A stretch of DNA of 64,000 nt. It comes from a virus. The stretch is from IMG/VR virus record IMGVR_UViG_3300042557_000098; one strand, written 5' to 3'. The notes under the pieces were generated by a model. That model saw only the letters and a program-made list of their open reading frames with translations, searched no databases and had not been told where the DNA came from. Positions 40,217 through 50,037 of the stretch are shown here, one piece after another; the stretch's first letter is position 1, and every line of letters starts with the position of its first letter. Made by a program: the position numbers and the translations under genes.

Positions 40217-40774
40217 TTAAGGGAAATTAATTATGTAATTGTTTCCTGTACAACCACATTGGTTTGCAATAAAATAATCTAATTGTCTATTAGCTTGCAT
40301 GTATAACTTATTGGCTGTATCTATAGCACAGTTATTAGCTGCTGCTATTGAGCCTTGAATCATAAAATTGATACTACTTAAAACCACCTTTGCTTGAGTT
40401 CTAATAGCTGAGTCACATTCCATCATATCAAGCTTCATAAATGCACTATCAAACTTTTCTTGTATAAGTGCTGTACGCATAATGTTCTTCTCTACAAAGT
40501 TTGTAGTAGCTGGAGCCACAGAGTACTTCATAAAATACACACCATCAGGTAGTGGATTTATTGCAGGGAATGGGCTCAGTCCTAAAATGATTGAGTTATA
40601 AACATTAAAGCTATTAACATTAAATGGAATAGAAACAGGACTAGTAAAACCAGGTACAGTGATCTGCATAGTTGGAGCACTAACATTAGGAGGATTTGTA
40701 TTATAAACTGATGTATCAGCTACACCCAATGTTGTGGTCTCGTATGTATTGATTACTAAAAAATCTAGTGTCAT
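40217..40774 (-). CDS. 185-aa structural protein, trimmed to the ATG at 40774
   Basis: The ORF-track version begins at a GTG (40819) that lies inside a terminator hairpin. The first ATG (MTLDFLV...) follows directly after that terminator. Confidence 0.6.
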   Translation of the reverse strand: MTLDFLVINTYETTTLGVADTSVYNTNPPNVSAPTMQITVPGFTSPVSIPFNVNSFNVYNSIILGLSPFPAINPLPDGVYFMKYSVAPATTNFVEKNIMRTALIQEKFDSAFMKLDMMECDSAIRTQAKVVLSSINFMIQGSIAAANNCAIDTANKLYMQANRQLDYFIANQCGCTGNNYIINFP

Positions 40775-40780
40775 GGTTTG

Positions 40781-40827
40781 TATAATAAAAATGCCAGAGG
40801 ATTTGAGATATCCTCTCACCCTCTGGC
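40781..40827 (-). terminator. Intrinsic terminator on the minus strand: GCCAGAGG-(19-nt loop)-CCTCTGGC followed by ATTTTTATTAT
   Basis: Perfect 8-bp stem downstream of the 40856..42016 stop; a T-rich tract follows. Confidence 0.6.
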
Positions 40828-40855
40828 ATAGGTTAATATGATCTTACCTTAATTC

Positions 40856-42016
40856 TTAAGGGATCAAAGTAGTTGTTGTTGAAGTGCTAGGCCATACAGT
40901 AGTTGTAGTACTAGTTGTAGTGATACAAGATGTGTCACCTGCAACCTGTCCTAAAGCAGCTTCTAATATAGCTTCGATACCAGATGTTTGGTTGCTAGGA
41001 ACAGCAATAATCACCATGCTATCTTCCATAATATAGTCACCCCATTGGTAAGCAGATTTGTTATACTCATTGAATCTGATATAGTACAAATCATAGATTT
41101 GACCATCAGTTACCCAAGACTCAAAGTTCTCGTTGTAACCACCCATTCTGTATAAATGCTTTAAGTAACCAGCTTGGTAGCTATAGAAGTTCTTCTCTAA
41201 TTGTTGAACTTCAGCAGAAGTACCAACTGGATAGTTAGAACGTTGTCTAATCACTGGAGTAGCAACTCTATTACAAGGATCATCAACAATGAAGTCAGCA
41301 GTTGTAGCTGGACCAGAGAAGATGAAAGTTCTGAAGTAGAATCTGTCATACTCCCAAGGGAATGCAGCAACGTCACAAGGCTGACCATATTTAGTTAATG
41401 GCTTACCAGTAATACGTAAGAACGCATCTTGATCGTTACCCAATCTTTGGAATTGATAGAACTCACTCAAATAAATGTTGTCTGGGTTATCACCAGGAGC
41501 TCTAGATTCTAACTTAAGAATCAAAGCATCAATCAATGCAGGTACATCTACATCTGTACAAGGATCGTCACCACATCCAAGACATGGAGCGTTCACTGTT
41601 ACAGAACGAGTGAAACCATTGAAGTACAATGTTTCTAAGTAGCTAGAGAAGCCACGTAAAGTTAATGTAACAATCTCACCAGGTTTAACTGTGAAATCAA
41701 CTACATCAGTAACTTGGTTTACAGCAGTTGCACAACCTGCAGACTTGTACCATTCAGTTACATTTGAGTTACAAGCAGCACCAGTTACACATCCAGCAAT
41801 TTTGTCTGAACGCTTAGAGCCTTGTAAATACGTGTTTGTTCTACCTTGAGCAACATAGAAATAAGGGGCATCAGCGATGTTACTAGATGTAGCAACACTA
41901 TAGTCATTTAGGAAAATACCTACTTGACCAGCTGTTAAATTCTGTGTAGATCCAGAGCTAGGTAATGTGTTTCCTACTGGTACTACAAAGAGGGTGGTTA
42001 ATGAAAAATCAGCCAT
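40856..42016 (-). CDS. 386-aa structural protein with a C-terminal poly-Thr tail
   Basis: ORF with an ATG start; followed by an intrinsic terminator. Confidence 0.75.
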   Translation of the reverse strand: MADFSLTTLFVVPVGNTLPSSGSTQNLTAGQVGIFLNDYSVATSSNIADAPYFYVAQGRTNTYLQGSKRSDKIAGCVTGAACNSNVTEWYKSAGCATAVNQVTDVVDFTVKPGEIVTLTLRGFSSYLETLYFNGFTRSVTVNAPCLGCGDDPCTDVDVPALIDALILKLESRAPGDNPDNIYLSEFYQFQRLGNDQDAFLRITGKPLTKYGQPCDVAAFPWEYDRFYFRTFIFSGPATTADFIVDDPCNRVATPVIRQRSNYPVGTSAEVQQLEKNFYSYQAGYLKHLYRMGGYNENFESWVTDGQIYDLYYIRFNEYNKSAYQWGDYIMEDSMVIIAVPSNQTSGIEAILEAALGQVAGDTSCITTTSTTTTVWPSTSTTTTLIP

Positions 42017-42042
42017 TTTGCTTTATATTTAATTGTGAAAAA

Positions 42043-42774
42043 TTATTCGTTTGTTTGTATTCTGTAGATTGAGCTTTGAACAGCACTTTGGTTTTCTGTA
42101 TACATTGCCAAGTTTTGTACTGTAAGATCTAACAACTCATCTTCTAAGTAAGTCTCAAGTTCACAGTCTTGATCAAAAGAAGGCAAGCCATCTAACATGA
42201 TATATCCTGTCTTGTTAATGTACACTGGATATCTCATATATGATATGTAAATATCTTTTGGTGTAAATGTACCATCTGTAAATACAGATATCTCGTCAGA
42301 GGATAAGAAGTTAAATGTTTCTTGATATTCGAAAGAAGGCTTGTAGTTGTCATTAGTTAATATAAACTGAATGTCACCATGTTTAGCCAAGTCTCTATTT
42401 ATCCATATCTTTCTATCTGTACATCTTCCTTTGTCTGCTAATATATAACTATCAAGATAGAACATATATTTTGGAACCAAAGCATTTAGACTTGCAAAAT
42501 ACTGATTCAACTCATCATTCTTTAGCACTAATGGCAAAGGTTGATGGTTGTAGGTGATAACTAAACTTTGAAGGTCTTCATAGCGTTTTTTAAACGCATC
42601 CAACCCATAACCAGAGTTTGTACTAGTACCATCAACCTTTTGCTTTATTAGCTTTATCTGAGCTTCGTTAAGTGCTAGAATCTTATCTTCTAGGTTAATT
42701 TGTTGGTGCTCGTTTGTTGATAGTTTATTTAGTTTCTGATCAATCTTATATAATAAACTATCTACTGGGATCAT
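42043..42774 (-). CDS. 243-aa head-tail region protein
   Basis: ORF with an ATG start; overlaps the upstream gene by 4 nt. Confidence 0.7.
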   Translation of the reverse strand: MIPVDSLLYKIDQKLNKLSTNEHQQINLEDKILALNEAQIKLIKQKVDGTSTNSGYGLDAFKKRYEDLQSLVITYNHQPLPLVLKNDELNQYFASLNALVPKYMFYLDSYILADKGRCTDRKIWINRDLAKHGDIQFILTNDNYKPSFEYQETFNFLSSDEISVFTDGTFTPKDIYISYMRYPVYINKTGYIMLDGLPSFDQDCELETYLEDELLDLTVQNLAMYTENQSAVQSSIYRIQTNE

Positions 42775-43736
42775 AATGAGGCTATTTTTTTTCCTTTCAA
42801 TTTGCCTTCCAAAGTCAATAACTGATCTTGGTTGTCTTCATCTGCAAGGAATTTAACTAAATCATCTTCATCAACTGCTATTTCAAATTCACCTTCGAAA
42901 ACTCTACCATTAGGTCTCACTCTATAAATTGAATGAGCAACAGCTTGTTTTACTAGGTCTTTAATATGGAGCAAGTTTTCTTTCATATCTGCAAATCTGT
43001 TGAACACTTCTATAGGATTCAAACCTTGATATTTGCCATTCTTGAATTCTGTTTGTTTTAGGAGGTTATCCACCTGATTGTAAACTGCTTCTTCTTTAGA
43101 ATCATCAGATACTGGAAGACCAAGTAGACGAGCCACTTTCTTCTTCTTCTCAGGAGTCATAGAATCAAACTTAACAATAGCTTTATTAATAAGTTGTTTC
43201 TTTTTAAACATCACCTTGTTTTCAATCTCATCATCTGCAACATAATATTGAATGTCTGCAGGGAATTCACCACGCTCCCAAGCTTGATAGCTAGAAGCAA
43301 TTGTTGGATGAACTCTCAACCATGAGAATGCTAGCTCTTGCAATGGCATTGACAAATCATAATAATTGTCGCCATCCATAAGCTTAACAGGTTGTACGTG
43401 TAAGGAATCATCAACAGAAGTTGATAAGCCATAGTTCCAGAACTGAGAACGAGGATTTAAGTCAACATTCAAAGCAGCTTCAAGTCTATCTCTTAACTCT
43501 GTTACTCTTTCAATCTCCATCTCTCTTTCAAGAGGATCAGAGATTCTTCTGATGTAAGCAGCCTTTGGATCTAAGCCTGTTCTGTACTGACCATCCAATT
43601 CTTTATAAGGATATTTAAAAACTCCTGTACCAGGAATTCTTGTATAGCCTCTTGATGCAAGACCACCTTGCATTGTTTGTAACTGAGAATTGTTGTAGTC
43701 TTTTTTAATAGTAGAGATTTTTCCTATCTTGCCCAT
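42771..43736 (-). CDS. 321-aa head-tail region protein. Its start carries the conserved AACTACATATG leader
   Basis: ORF with an ATG start; sits downstream of the structured intergenic region. Confidence 0.7.
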   Translation of the reverse strand: MGKIGKISTIKKDYNNSQLQTMQGGLASRGYTRIPGTGVFKYPYKELDGQYRTGLDPKAAYIRRISDPLEREMEIERVTELRDRLEAALNVDLNPRSQFWNYGLSTSVDDSLHVQPVKLMDGDNYYDLSMPLQELAFSWLRVHPTIASSYQAWERGEFPADIQYYVADDEIENKVMFKKKQLINKAIVKFDSMTPEKKKKVARLLGLPVSDDSKEEAVYNQVDNLLKQTEFKNGKYQGLNPIEVFNRFADMKENLLHIKDLVKQAVAHSIYRVRPNGRVFEGEFEIAVDEDDLVKFLADEDNQDQLLTLEGKLKGKKIASL

Positions 43737-43806
43737 ATGTAGTTGTTTTTATTTGGTTTATTTGCAGATGGTTCCCATCGAAGGGAACACTGTACAGAAT
43801 TTACTT

Positions 43807-43856
43807 GTACATGTCCATCTGTGTTAGAAGACTCCCCCACTGGGATGTGGGGGGAA
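43807..43856 (+). terminator. Strong bipartite hairpin AGAAGAC-t-CCCCCAC-tgggat-GTGGGGG-gaac-GTCTTCT followed by GATTTTTTT, oriented as a plus-strand terminator inside the minus-strand operon
   Basis: Two stacked 7-bp stems; the T7 tract follows on the plus strand only. Confidence 0.5.
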
Positions 43857-43926
43857 CGTCTTCTGATTTTTTTATGCGAAACACCATTGGTGTCAGTCTA
43901 AGAATACTATCCTTAGAGGGGCATTA

Positions 43927-45480
43927 TTAGAATTGAGGAATTTCTTCAATCAATACTGTTCTAGATAAATCTTCAATGAATACATCACAACGATCCTTCA
44001 TCCAAATCTCATATCCAGGGAACTTGTTCGCAGAACTCATACCTTGAGACTTAGCAAAACCTAAGTGGTGACGAGTACCATCGATATAACCCCAAGTCAT
44101 AGAAGGTGCACCCTTCATACGTACTTCACGAATATTATTGATCATAGAACCATCAGACATTGGAGATACATCAAACACCATAAATACTGGAGTTGACTTC
44201 TTGTTCTGTCCAAATTCTAAGTTTGTTTGAGGAAGGTCTAACTCTTTCAAGTGGATTAATTCAACACGACCAGTCTCACGAGTTACCATTGCATCGAATG
44301 CAAAGTTGTAAGTGATGTGTTGTCCTTCTCCTTGCATGTATCTGTTACCAGAATCAGCCATGAAAGTTAAGCCAGAATTCAAAGCATCTGTCTTTAAAGC
44401 TTGTTGGAATACGTCAAAGCCAGCTTCATTAGTGTACATTTTAACACGTCTGTCTTTAACATCCACACGTCTGTAGAATAAGTCACCAAATACAGAACGA
44501 ATTAAGTTCGCAGTGAACTCACCTCTGTTGTACTGTACTAAGTTACCATTGTTACGCATTCTGTGATATACACCAGCAGAAGTACGCTTTAATTCTTGCT
44601 TAGAACCATTAGTCTTCACAGTTCCAGGACGAGCCCAGATCATACGCTTAACTTTTAATTCTAACATAGACTTACGCATCCAGAACTCAATAAATGGTTC
44701 CCACTTAACATCATTACGAGTTAAAGGTAATTGGTTACGTCTTTGAGGAGCATATACTAAGATATCCAATGGATTACCTTTTGTATCTCTCATCATCTTA
44801 TCATCAGCCCACTCAGTGATCTTGTGCTCATAACCATATGCAGAACCTAAAGATTCAAACATTGTGATTTGCTCACCTAAACGAGGAAGACCTAATAAGT
44901 CTTGGTCAAATTCACCAATTGCAGCATCAACCAATTCTAATTCGATACCTACTTGTAAGAATGTAGCACTTACGAAATCTACTGTAGGGTTATCACTTAC
45001 TAAAGTGAAAGTGTATAAGAAACCTACGTTCCAAGGAACAGGATCTTTTACTACGTAGAAACGAGGACCATACTGACGAGTACCTACAGAAATAATTGCA
45101 TTCTTAGAGAACTCATTAGTGTCAATGATCAATTGAAACTCTTGACCATCAATACCAGGTTTGTTTAATTCTAATGTGCTTGTAGGAACATCAATGATTT
45201 TTGGGAATTTGTAAGGAACTTGTACTTGCCATTTCCAAGCATCACTGTTGTTATCAATATAGTAAGGAGTAGACTTGTTGATCATGTCTAAGAAGTCATT
45301 ACTATAAAGAGAACTCTGAGTGTACAAACTGATAATCTTCTTATCATAGTCTGCAGGCTCTGTAGAGTGAAAGCTCTCTAAATGGTTTGCATCAGTTAAC
45401 TTACCTACTGCACGCTTATCCATAGAAGCGACACGAGCATAAGTAAATCCAGTTAAACCTGGAATTGTTTGAATTGCCAT
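43927..45480 (-). CDS. 517-aa major capsid protein candidate
   Basis: Size and position (after portal and scaffold-like genes; own promoter-type element upstream of the scaffold/capsid pair; strong hairpins downstream). Fold not verified. Confidence 0.65.
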   Translation of the reverse strand: MAIQTIPGLTGFTYARVASMDKRAVGKLTDANHLESFHSTEPADYDKKIISLYTQSSLYSNDFLDMINKSTPYYIDNNSDAWKWQVQVPYKFPKIIDVPTSTLELNKPGIDGQEFQLIIDTNEFSKNAIISVGTRQYGPRFYVVKDPVPWNVGFLYTFTLVSDNPTVDFVSATFLQVGIELELVDAAIGEFDQDLLGLPRLGEQITMFESLGSAYGYEHKITEWADDKMMRDTKGNPLDILVYAPQRRNQLPLTRNDVKWEPFIEFWMRKSMLELKVKRMIWARPGTVKTNGSKQELKRTSAGVYHRMRNNGNLVQYNRGEFTANLIRSVFGDLFYRRVDVKDRRVKMYTNEAGFDVFQQALKTDALNSGLTFMADSGNRYMQGEGQHITYNFAFDAMVTRETGRVELIHLKELDLPQTNLEFGQNKKSTPVFMVFDVSPMSDGSMINNIREVRMKGAPSMTWGYIDGTRHHLGFAKSQGMSSANKFPGYEIWMKDRCDVFIEDLSRTVLIEEIPQF

Positions 45481-45515
45481 TGTTATACTTTTTTAATTTT
45501 TGTTATATAAATTTG

Positions 45516-46799
45516 TTATTGAAACCAAGAAGAAGTAGGTCTAGCTGACTGTTTAGATTTCACTGAACTCTTCTGGGCTTGTCTGGCAACCTCACCAAAT
45601 AACTCATTTGATTTTTTGGTGATACCTGTCTTTTGAATAGTAGATAGTGTAGGATCTTTCTCAATGATTTTCATCAATAGAGCAAGTTTGACCTTCTTCT
45701 CATGATTCTCAGGACGTTTCAGCTCCAGTATAGTACGATCAAAGTCTGTGAGAGTTTCTCCAGATGCTGTCTTGTACTTGTCTGTTACTAGGAAATCTTG
45801 TAGTTCACCAGCTAATTTAGGGTTAATTGGTATGCCATCAAATTCTTTAGCTTTAATCTTCTCTTGTAAAACATTGTTTACATTCTGTAAGTATTGTTGC
45901 TTGATGGCTTGTTGCTGTTGTAATTGAGCTTGTTTATCTTGCTCTAATTGTTGAAGCTTTGACGCTTCCTTTTTTATCAAGACTTTGTGGTGTTTAGCAG
46001 CAACAGTTTCTAAGTCACCATAATTTTTAAGTCTTTCAATCTCTGTTGTAACATCTTCAGGCTCAAATCCTTGATCTGTCAATGCTTGTTTAATAACAGC
46101 AACTTGATTACTCTCATCGCTTAAATCCATATCAGAGAAAGATTGGATTTGATTATATGCACCAAAGTAGTCTTTTGGACTAACTCCTTTTACAAATATG
46201 GCATCAAATGCTTCTTGATAATCTTCTCCAAACTGACCAATGAAGTTGTTTACTATTTCAATAGCTCCCTTTTTCTTCTCTGCTTGGAACTTTTCCAAGA
46301 AAGCTTCAGGGCTATCAATAACTGTTTCTTCTTCATCTTCGTCTTGTGAAAAGACACCTAGTTTTAAAAGATCTTTTGATAAAGCTTCGAATTGGTTAGG
46401 AACTGCTTCTTCACCATCTTCACCATCTTCATTACTATCTTCTTGATTATCAGCACCTTTTGCAACTGGTTTTTTATCTGTTGCAGGAGCGTCATCATCT
46501 TCTTCAGCATCTTCATCATCTTCATCTCCATATAAGAAACTTTGAATGTCCTTTACAGGAGCTTCGTCTTTCTTATCTTCTTCTGGAGCAGGAGCTGATG
46601 CAGCTGGTTGTTTAGAAGTAGTTTTCTTTGTGGATGCAGGTGCAGGTTCATCTTTAATATCCTGAATGTCATCAGGGTTAGATGTAGCACTATCAGGAGA
46701 TAGTAAATCATTTAATAACTCTTGATTTCCCATTCCCATATCCATAGTATCTTGAATACTAAAGTTGCCCATTTGGGGCATATCTAGATTTTCAGCCAT
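45516..46799 (-). CDS. 427-aa highly acidic protein (disordered D/E-rich N-half, helical Q/K-rich C-half); scaffold-like candidate
   Basis: Composition and position directly upstream of the capsid gene. Preceded by a TTTG-N19-TACTTTTA element and the AACTACATATG leader. Confidence 0.7.
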   Translation of the reverse strand: MAENLDMPQMGNFSIQDTMDMGMGNQELLNDLLSPDSATSNPDDIQDIKDEPAPASTKKTTSKQPAASAPAPEEDKKDEAPVKDIQSFLYGDEDDEDAEEDDDAPATDKKPVAKGADNQEDSNEDGEDGEEAVPNQFEALSKDLLKLGVFSQDEDEEETVIDSPEAFLEKFQAEKKKGAIEIVNNFIGQFGEDYQEAFDAIFVKGVSPKDYFGAYNQIQSFSDMDLSDESNQVAVIKQALTDQGFEPEDVTTEIERLKNYGDLETVAAKHHKVLIKKEASKLQQLEQDKQAQLQQQQAIKQQYLQNVNNVLQEKIKAKEFDGIPINPKLAGELQDFLVTDKYKTASGETLTDFDRTILELKRPENHEKKVKLALLMKIIEKDPTLSTIQKTGITKKSNELFGEVARQAQKSSVKSKQSARPTSSWFQ

Positions 46800-46829
46800 A
46801 TGTAGTTGAGTTTTAATTGGTTTTGTATG

Positions 46830-46860
46830 TAAAAGTAAAGTAACTTAAGTTAATAGCAAA
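46830..46860 (-). promoter_or_regulatory. Promoter-like element TTTG-N19-TACTTTTA, 30 nt upstream of the scaffold-like/capsid gene pair
   Basis: Near-consensus; lies in a 119-nt intergenic gap. Confidence 0.4.
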
Positions 46861-46918
46861 GAGAGGAGCCTTTATATTGACCATTATTCAATATAATATA
46901 GCATTAATATTTTTTACT

Positions 46919-47449
46919 CTAATCTAATTTGTTAAGAAAGTTGTCATTTATAAACCTATAACTTCTGATTGGAGCAAGATCTGTAAGTGTAACTTGTTGA
47001 ACCTCAACTCCCCACTTCCTAGCTTCCACTCTAACTTTCTTTGTCAAAGTGTTGTCAAGTTCCTGATCTGTACATTCCTCCATGGTCATTGACATAATAA
47101 CGTTTTTTATTATACTTTGAGACATGTCTGACAATGCGTCTTGTGCATCAAACACCTCAAGTAGGAATATCTTTACATCAGCTATCTTGTATTTTACAAC
47201 TCCCTTGACAACAATGTTTTGTTTGTCCAAGGTGTATAAAGATTGAGCATCAAGACTAAGTGTAGTAGTTACTACGTGGTGATCTATCACCTCATCAAAC
47301 AAAGGAATCTTAAAATGTAGTCCAGGTTCAAGAACACTGTAGAATTTTCCACACCTTAGTAATACAGCTCCTTCATAGTCTCTGACAATAATAACTGGGG
47401 TTAGTTGTAACCACCAGTTAGTTATTATCTCAATCAGTTTATCAAACAT
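46919..47449 (-). CDS. 176-aa SPFH/band-7 (stomatin/prohibitin/HflKC-like) domain protein
   Basis: YEGAVLLRCGKFYSVLEPGLHFKIPLFDEVIDHHVVTTTLSLDAQSLYTLDKQNIVVKGVVKYKIADVKIF matches the SPFH core (E.AVV.RFGK...L.PGLHF.IP.ID.V..VD.R....D...TKD...V.VD.VV.YRI.D). Confidence 0.75.
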   Translation of the reverse strand: MFDKLIEIITNWWLQLTPVIIVRDYEGAVLLRCGKFYSVLEPGLHFKIPLFDEVIDHHVVTTTLSLDAQSLYTLDKQNIVVKGVVKYKIADVKIFLLEVFDAQDALSDMSQSIIKNVIMSMTMEECTDQELDNTLTKKVRVEARKWGVEVQQVTLTDLAPIRSYRFINDNFLNKLD

Positions 47450-50037
47450 TATTTAGGTTTTTTAGCAGCTCTACCCTTGGCATTTTCCTTAGCAATAGCT
47501 AAATCATTTGCTTGGTTTTCTCTAGCCACTTGTAATTTTTCTCTTTCAACTTCAAGTTTTTGTGAAGCCATTCTGTTCTTAGATTGAATATCAGCCATCT
47601 TGCTTTGATAATCTTTTATAGCTTTTGATTCTTCTGTAGCTAATTTATTGATTTCCAATACATCAGGAACACCAGAAGCATCTTCATCGCTTAATGGTCC
47701 CATGTTCTTAGCCTCAGCTGCAATAAGAGCAATCTCTTTCTTGTTGATTCTATCAAGTTCAGCTTGATAGTTATCATTAGCAATCTTCTCAGCTTGTTGT
47801 TGTTGAGCAAGTTGTAGTTGAGCATCAGCCTGTTGCTGTTGTTGATCCAATTGTTGTTGCTGTTGTTGTAACTTAGTAACTTCCAATTCTTCTTGTCTGC
47901 TCTTGAGAGTTTTGAACACCTTCTTCATCTGACGAATAGAGTTAGTGCTATAAAGCTCAATGATGTCATGTAATGAACCACCATTTTGTAGAACAGCTTG
48001 AGACAAACCTCTGATTTCATTAAACATCTGCTTATCTTCAGGTCTGTTGGTCAAGAATATTTTTAAATCTCTAAAGCGTAAGTCTGAACCATTTACAGAA
48101 ACAAATGCAGATTCTCCTTCAGAAGTCACATAAGAAATAGTAGATTGTGGTTTAGAACTTTCTACATATAAGGCAGCATCAATAATAGATTGATATAATT
48201 GACCCATGATATATTCATGAGCTACAAATAAAGGTTCTGTCTGAGCATAAGATTGTGTAATGGCTGCATTGGTTGCTGTAGCTGATTCACTAGCTTGTAT
48301 AGCACCAAGTCTTTGTCTTGACATACCTATTAGTTCCCAACACTCATTCTTAAGTTGTTGTGCTAGAGTGTATCTTGCTTGGATCTCCTGCGTACGTGTA
48401 AGGTCTAAGCTAGTGTATTGGTTAAATGAACTTGGACTCTTTAAGTTCTCTGGGCTGTCATCAACAAATACCACACCTCTGTTACGAGCTTCCATTTCCC
48501 AAATGTCAAGAGCATCTTGAGCGTCTCCATCTTTAGGAATAGGAATGTGTCTGATAGACATTAACTGTACCTTACCCACTTCCTTCTCAAGCAACTTATA
48601 TAATTGGTTCATACATACATTATATAAAACTTGGAATGGCTTCATCATATCTACAAGGCTCCTAGCCTCTGTATTCTTAACTTCAAATGTTTGACCTATG
48701 ATAGGACAATAAGGTAATAAGTTATAAGGTTTGACATGATAGATATCTGGACCAATTTTAACACCTTGATACCATTGGTTAATCCAACCCCACTCTAAAG
48801 ACTGTTGTGTAGGAAGCATTCCAGATTTATAGTTTTCATCTACAAGTTGAGATTGTTCATTACCCATCTCATCTAAGTAAATAACTTTACCTATCTTCTT
48901 TTTAGAAATCCAATAAGATCTTACTACAACATACTTATAACCAAAAGAGCTTACATTAGATGTAAGTCCTAAGAAGTCCTGAAGACCATCATCATTCTGT
49001 TTCATCTCAGACTCAATGATCATTCTAGTCTGTAAGACTAATGGGTCAAATGTATCGTATTGAATAGATTCATTACCAGGAATAGCATTAGGATTGCCCA
49101 AGTTAGATTCACGTACATTGATCAATCCATAGTCTTGTAATGAACTACGTAAGTGATCAATCTCATCTTTAGTTAAGTCTGGGATAGATTCAATAATCTC
49201 AGACAATTCCATAACTTGTACAATACCAGCAGCATATGCACCTTGTGCACGACCTGTAGGATCAGATATCCATTTTCTATCAGGAGTAGTTAAGAACCAA
49301 GTGTTCTTAGGATTAGCCACCTCAACGTTAAATCCAAGCTTAGAGTTATCTTCATATATGTGAAAGAACTCTCTAGCAGAAATTAAAAGATCTCTAAAAG
49401 AGTCTTCTCCTTTCTCCTTTAAATTAAACTCAGCCTTCTGAGCTGTAAGAATATGGTTTGCCCACTTTTCTGCTGTAGATGTATAAGAGTCTAATTCATC
49501 TTTAACTTGATCTAAAGTCATTTGATTTAATTCTTCCTCTTCAATCTCTTCTCCATTCATAGCAGCCTTTTCTAATATCTTTCTCTTGGCTGTATTAACT
49601 ACATAATCATTTAACATTTGAGTTTTAAACTCAAGCTCTTCAGCTTTACTATCATCATCAAATGCTTTGACACGAAATGCATCAGGTCGTTTAGATATCT
49701 CTCCTACTAACTCATTAATAGGAGTGGTCATTATAGAATAATGTTTTACATAGGCAGGAAGAGCTAAATCTGCTGTGAGCACATCTGTAAAACTTCTTAC
49801 TTCTGGTTCTTGATAAAAATCTTCTCTTCTTAGAATACCTTTTACTAAGTCATAGTTTTTAACAAATGTATCTCTGCTCTTAACATACTCAGCATATGCC
49901 TTGTTAGCAAAATAGTCCATTGTGTTTTTAATCCAACTCTCATCCATCTTTTCTCTCTCAGTCTTAAACTGATCAGGAAAAATATTAAGGTAGGCATACC
50001 TAATTGTTGCGTCTTTCGTGTATCTTATAATTGCCAT
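47449..50037 (-). CDS. 862-aa portal protein with a Q-rich C-terminal coiled coil
   Basis: Size; position immediately downstream of and TAATG-coupled to the terminase large subunit. The C-terminal (CAA/CAG)n tract encodes QQQQQQLDQQQQQ. Confidence 0.7.
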   Translation of the reverse strand: MAIIRYTKDATIRYAYLNIFPDQFKTEREKMDESWIKNTMDYFANKAYAEYVKSRDTFVKNYDLVKGILRREDFYQEPEVRSFTDVLTADLALPAYVKHYSIMTTPINELVGEISKRPDAFRVKAFDDDSKAEELEFKTQMLNDYVVNTAKRKILEKAAMNGEEIEEEELNQMTLDQVKDELDSYTSTAEKWANHILTAQKAEFNLKEKGEDSFRDLLISAREFFHIYEDNSKLGFNVEVANPKNTWFLTTPDRKWISDPTGRAQGAYAAGIVQVMELSEIIESIPDLTKDEIDHLRSSLQDYGLINVRESNLGNPNAIPGNESIQYDTFDPLVLQTRMIIESEMKQNDDGLQDFLGLTSNVSSFGYKYVVVRSYWISKKKIGKVIYLDEMGNEQSQLVDENYKSGMLPTQQSLEWGWINQWYQGVKIGPDIYHVKPYNLLPYCPIIGQTFEVKNTEARSLVDMMKPFQVLYNVCMNQLYKLLEKEVGKVQLMSIRHIPIPKDGDAQDALDIWEMEARNRGVVFVDDSPENLKSPSSFNQYTSLDLTRTQEIQARYTLAQQLKNECWELIGMSRQRLGAIQASESATATNAAITQSYAQTEPLFVAHEYIMGQLYQSIIDAALYVESSKPQSTISYVTSEGESAFVSVNGSDLRFRDLKIFLTNRPEDKQMFNEIRGLSQAVLQNGGSLHDIIELYSTNSIRQMKKVFKTLKSRQEELEVTKLQQQQQQLDQQQQQADAQLQLAQQQQAEKIANDNYQAELDRINKKEIALIAAEAKNMGPLSDEDASGVPDVLEINKLATEESKAIKDYQSKMADIQSKNRMASQKLEVEREKLQVARENQANDLAIAKENAKGRAAKKPK

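Noticed and set aside
40775-40819. N-terminal extension of the 40217..40819 ORF (GTG start, MRGYLKSSG...). A similar case is the TTG start at 53937.
   Set aside because: The extension is translated straight through a terminator hairpin (GCCAGAGG...CCTCTGGC plus T-run). The first ATG follows the terminator. The ORF track evidently accepts GTG/TTG starts, so these starts were trimmed.
47820-47890. (CAA/CAG)n simple repeat.
   Set aside because: It is the coding sequence for the poly-Gln coiled coil at the portal C-terminus (QQQQQQLDQQQQQ), not an independent repeat element.
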